Source: Phyllosticta citribraziliensis
Taxonomy: Eukaryota
Reading direction: 5' to 3'
Length of the DNA stretch: 64,000 nucleotides
Assembly: GCF_038025025.1 (NCBI RefSeq)
Contig: NW_027117347.1
Location: forward strand, 992,001 to 1,056,000
In this document: one piece after another, positions 61,605 to 64,000 of the stretch
Layout of the letters: each line of letters begins with the position of its first letter
Numbering within the stretch: the stretch's first letter is position 1
Made by a program: the position numbers and the translations under genes
The notes under the pieces: generated by a model
Told to the model about the DNA's origin: nothing
What the model saw: only the letters and a program-made list of their open reading frames with translations
Database searches by the model: none

Positions 61605-64000
61605 TTTCCAAGCGGCTTCCTCCTCAGTAAAAGTGTTGTGACAGGATGGGTCGTTGGCCGAAGATGCTGTAAATGGAGGCGGTAAAACGAGAGAAGATGT
61701 CCAGGAGACGTATGTCGAAGGGCCTTTTGTTAAATCGAACTTGTCCAAGTGATGCCAAAAGATTATTTAGAGGGCCGTGGTCTGACGGAGTGCGTGCACA
61801 AAAAGAGCGTGATGGTCAAGACGGACACAAGACACAAAAGAGGAAGGAGCGACTGAACCAACACGAGAGAAGGAGTGTGAATTGAGGACTTGAGAGGGCA
61901 AGAATAGACACATACAAGCAATATTTCATGGCAATTATCCAAAATAAATCCTCGGTGCATGCTCCGTAAATTGGCTCGCTGGCACTCCACTAGGGCGTCT
62001 AGAAACCCACCTCGACGGCGTGACTCAGCATCACGACGTAGCCTGCAAAGCCCGTAGCCGCCACCAAAGGCTCGCATGACAGCGCCACGTTCGCTGCCAG
62101 CATGCATGAGGGCTTGTCGCCGCGCCGTGGGAGTGGACGTCTATCTCGAAGAAGGAGTTTGCCGCTACAGTCAGCGGGCGGATTGGTGAAACGCCTTTGA
62201 GCCCCGGTTCACTCCAGAGTCGCATTGCCGTATGGTAGCCGGCTGGCTTGTCAAGCGTTGGCGGTACCAGGGTGGCTGCCCTTCTTTCCCCACCACGCCG
62301 CATCGTCTCGTCTCGCCCCGGCCGGCAAAGACGGCGACTCGGGTACGGTGAGCGAAGGAGACTTTTGGCTCTTTGTCGCGCCCTCGAGCCGCATTCTCGC
62401 GACCCGCCTGCTGAGTAGTGATGCGGAAGCTGAAAGCCGACTTGCAGTGGATGGTGGGTTGTGCCGTTGGTGGACGATCGTACCTGGTCGCGAGGTCGAC
62501 GCTGAAGTCGTTCTTGGATTCTTCGACCTAGCTGGTACCAGCCAGAGTCTGCGAGGCTGTTCGTCTCTACGATTGGGTCTTGCGTCGACGTTGGGATAGA
62601 GCCGCGGTCGAGATGCTTCTGATTGGCATCGGGCCGCTTAGCCCGCTCAGCTCATCCAACCGCCTATCCGCAAGACCACGCCACCAAAACTCCTCAACCA
62701 CGCCTTTGTTGACCCCTGACACTGTTGGCCAACAACACCAGGCATGCAGCCACGGTCTTCCTGCGCCGGCAAAGACCCGAAACGATCCTCAGGTTTTCCC
62801 AACTTGCATTCTCGGCCCGTGGTCCCATGAGCGCACCTCGTTTGAAGAACGCGTGCTGGCGTAGTCCTGTACCTTGCGGATACGGATGACCGTACCTGAC
62901 CAATATTGCTACGCTGTCTGTCTTCGTGTGTGAAGCGCTAGAAGGATGTCGGTGTGATTCGCGCGGGACGAAGCGAGTGGTGCTCATTTTAGATGCAATG
63001 TCACGGATCCAGAGGCGAGAGGATCATTGCAGCCACCCGCTGTCGTCGAATGGGGAAACTGGCAGCGTGACATTAGTCTGAAAACTTGCGCAATACGGAT
63101 TGACAAGGATCGCTCGTACTGGCAGATGTTTGGTGACATGACTGGTGGAACCTGTAATTATCAATATCCTGCATCTCAACGGCGGTGAAGGAAGACATCA
63201 AGAAGGATTCGGGGCAAATGAGGGTTGAATTGACATCTTCTCAGCCGCACGACTAACAAATGTAATGAAAGGTCTTCAAGTGGCTCCTTCTCGGGGGTAC
63301 GGCCCCTTCCGAACAGCAGACACTCTTGGAATATTCGCAGGAAGCAACGCACCGTTGCTGCTTCCATTTGGTAATCTAGTTCCCCACAATCGAGGGATTG
63401 GCACCGATGCGGGGTGGATTCTTCCAGGATCACTACCGAGTCCACTAGCTTCTCCAGTCTTTCCCCAACATGCAGCAATTTGTTTCCGAGCTTGCCAACT
63501 CTTTTTCGCTGGGCAATTAGCACCATTTGAAATCCCTTGCGCCAGTCATTGAGAGAAAAAGAGAGCATGAGCAGTATGGGACAGTCTCAGTCCCAATGTC
63601 GGGGCTATTCATGAGCTGACATCTCTAGACAGGCTCATCGTTACAAGTCTTTGTGAAACGTGTGCGATCCGCGAAGCGTGGGAAAATCCAGAGGGGTTGT
63701 GAGCCTCCGCATGGATTACACTCCCTGCTCCCGGAATCAAACGGCAGGCGTTCTGGTAGGGCGCAGTGCTTGTCATACGTACCCATGGACTAGGATTGAC
63801 CGTTTGAGCCCCCATTTTGCAGGTTTCTCAACATGGCCTGAAGGAAGTCACCTTGGTTCATTTGTGGCTGCTGTTGACTTTGACCCTGAGGCTGCGCGTT
63901 GTTAGACTGCTGGTTTGCTGCTGCCAGTGCTTGAATCATGCGAAAGGCCTCTGCAGCTTGCGACGGATCACCCCCGAATTGAGGAGGGGGTGGTGGGATG

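Noticed and set aside
61800..64000. Short ORFs at the right end (62694-62987, 63176-63568) as a gene or pseudogene
   Set aside because: I could not build a coherent spliced model or recognise any motif.

Overview
Eukaryotic, GC-rich, intron-containing DNA from a filamentous ascomycete (Pezizomycotina). Short GT-AG introns with CTRAY branch sites and the microsatellite-rich spacers suggest a Dothideomycete/Botryosphaeriales-like genome, which is an inference only. I can support about 17 protein-coding genes: an unknown Ser/Pro-rich protein, a fused Mad3/Bub1 checkpoint kinase, prohibitin PHB2, an orphan with an 18-aa repeat, an Emp47/ERGIC-53-type lectin with polyQ, two Zn2Cys6 transcription factors, two conserved-looking unknowns, a PhzF-family isomerase, a secreted G/N/Q-rich protein, MCM2 head-to-head with a UBR7/Mlo2-like gene, an inositol monophosphatase, a stomatin, AP-1 beta and a GPI-anchored protein. 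I found no tRNA, rRNA, CRISPR array, intact transposon or secondary-metabolite backbone gene. I could not demonstrate a clear new multi-gene system. The best leads are: a secreted protein with a putative His-triad metal-binding Ig-like domain between prion-like arms; a five-site PacC-like (GCCAGG) array upstream of an uncharacterised gene; an orphan with a perfect 18-residue helical repeat and unresolved splicing; MCB/SCB-like boxes shared by BUB1 and the MCM2/UBR7 bidirectional promoter; GC peaks at convergent gene ends; and large gene-free gaps (18.1-24.7, 29.2-37.3, 38.6-41.7 kb) with isolated intron-like signals.
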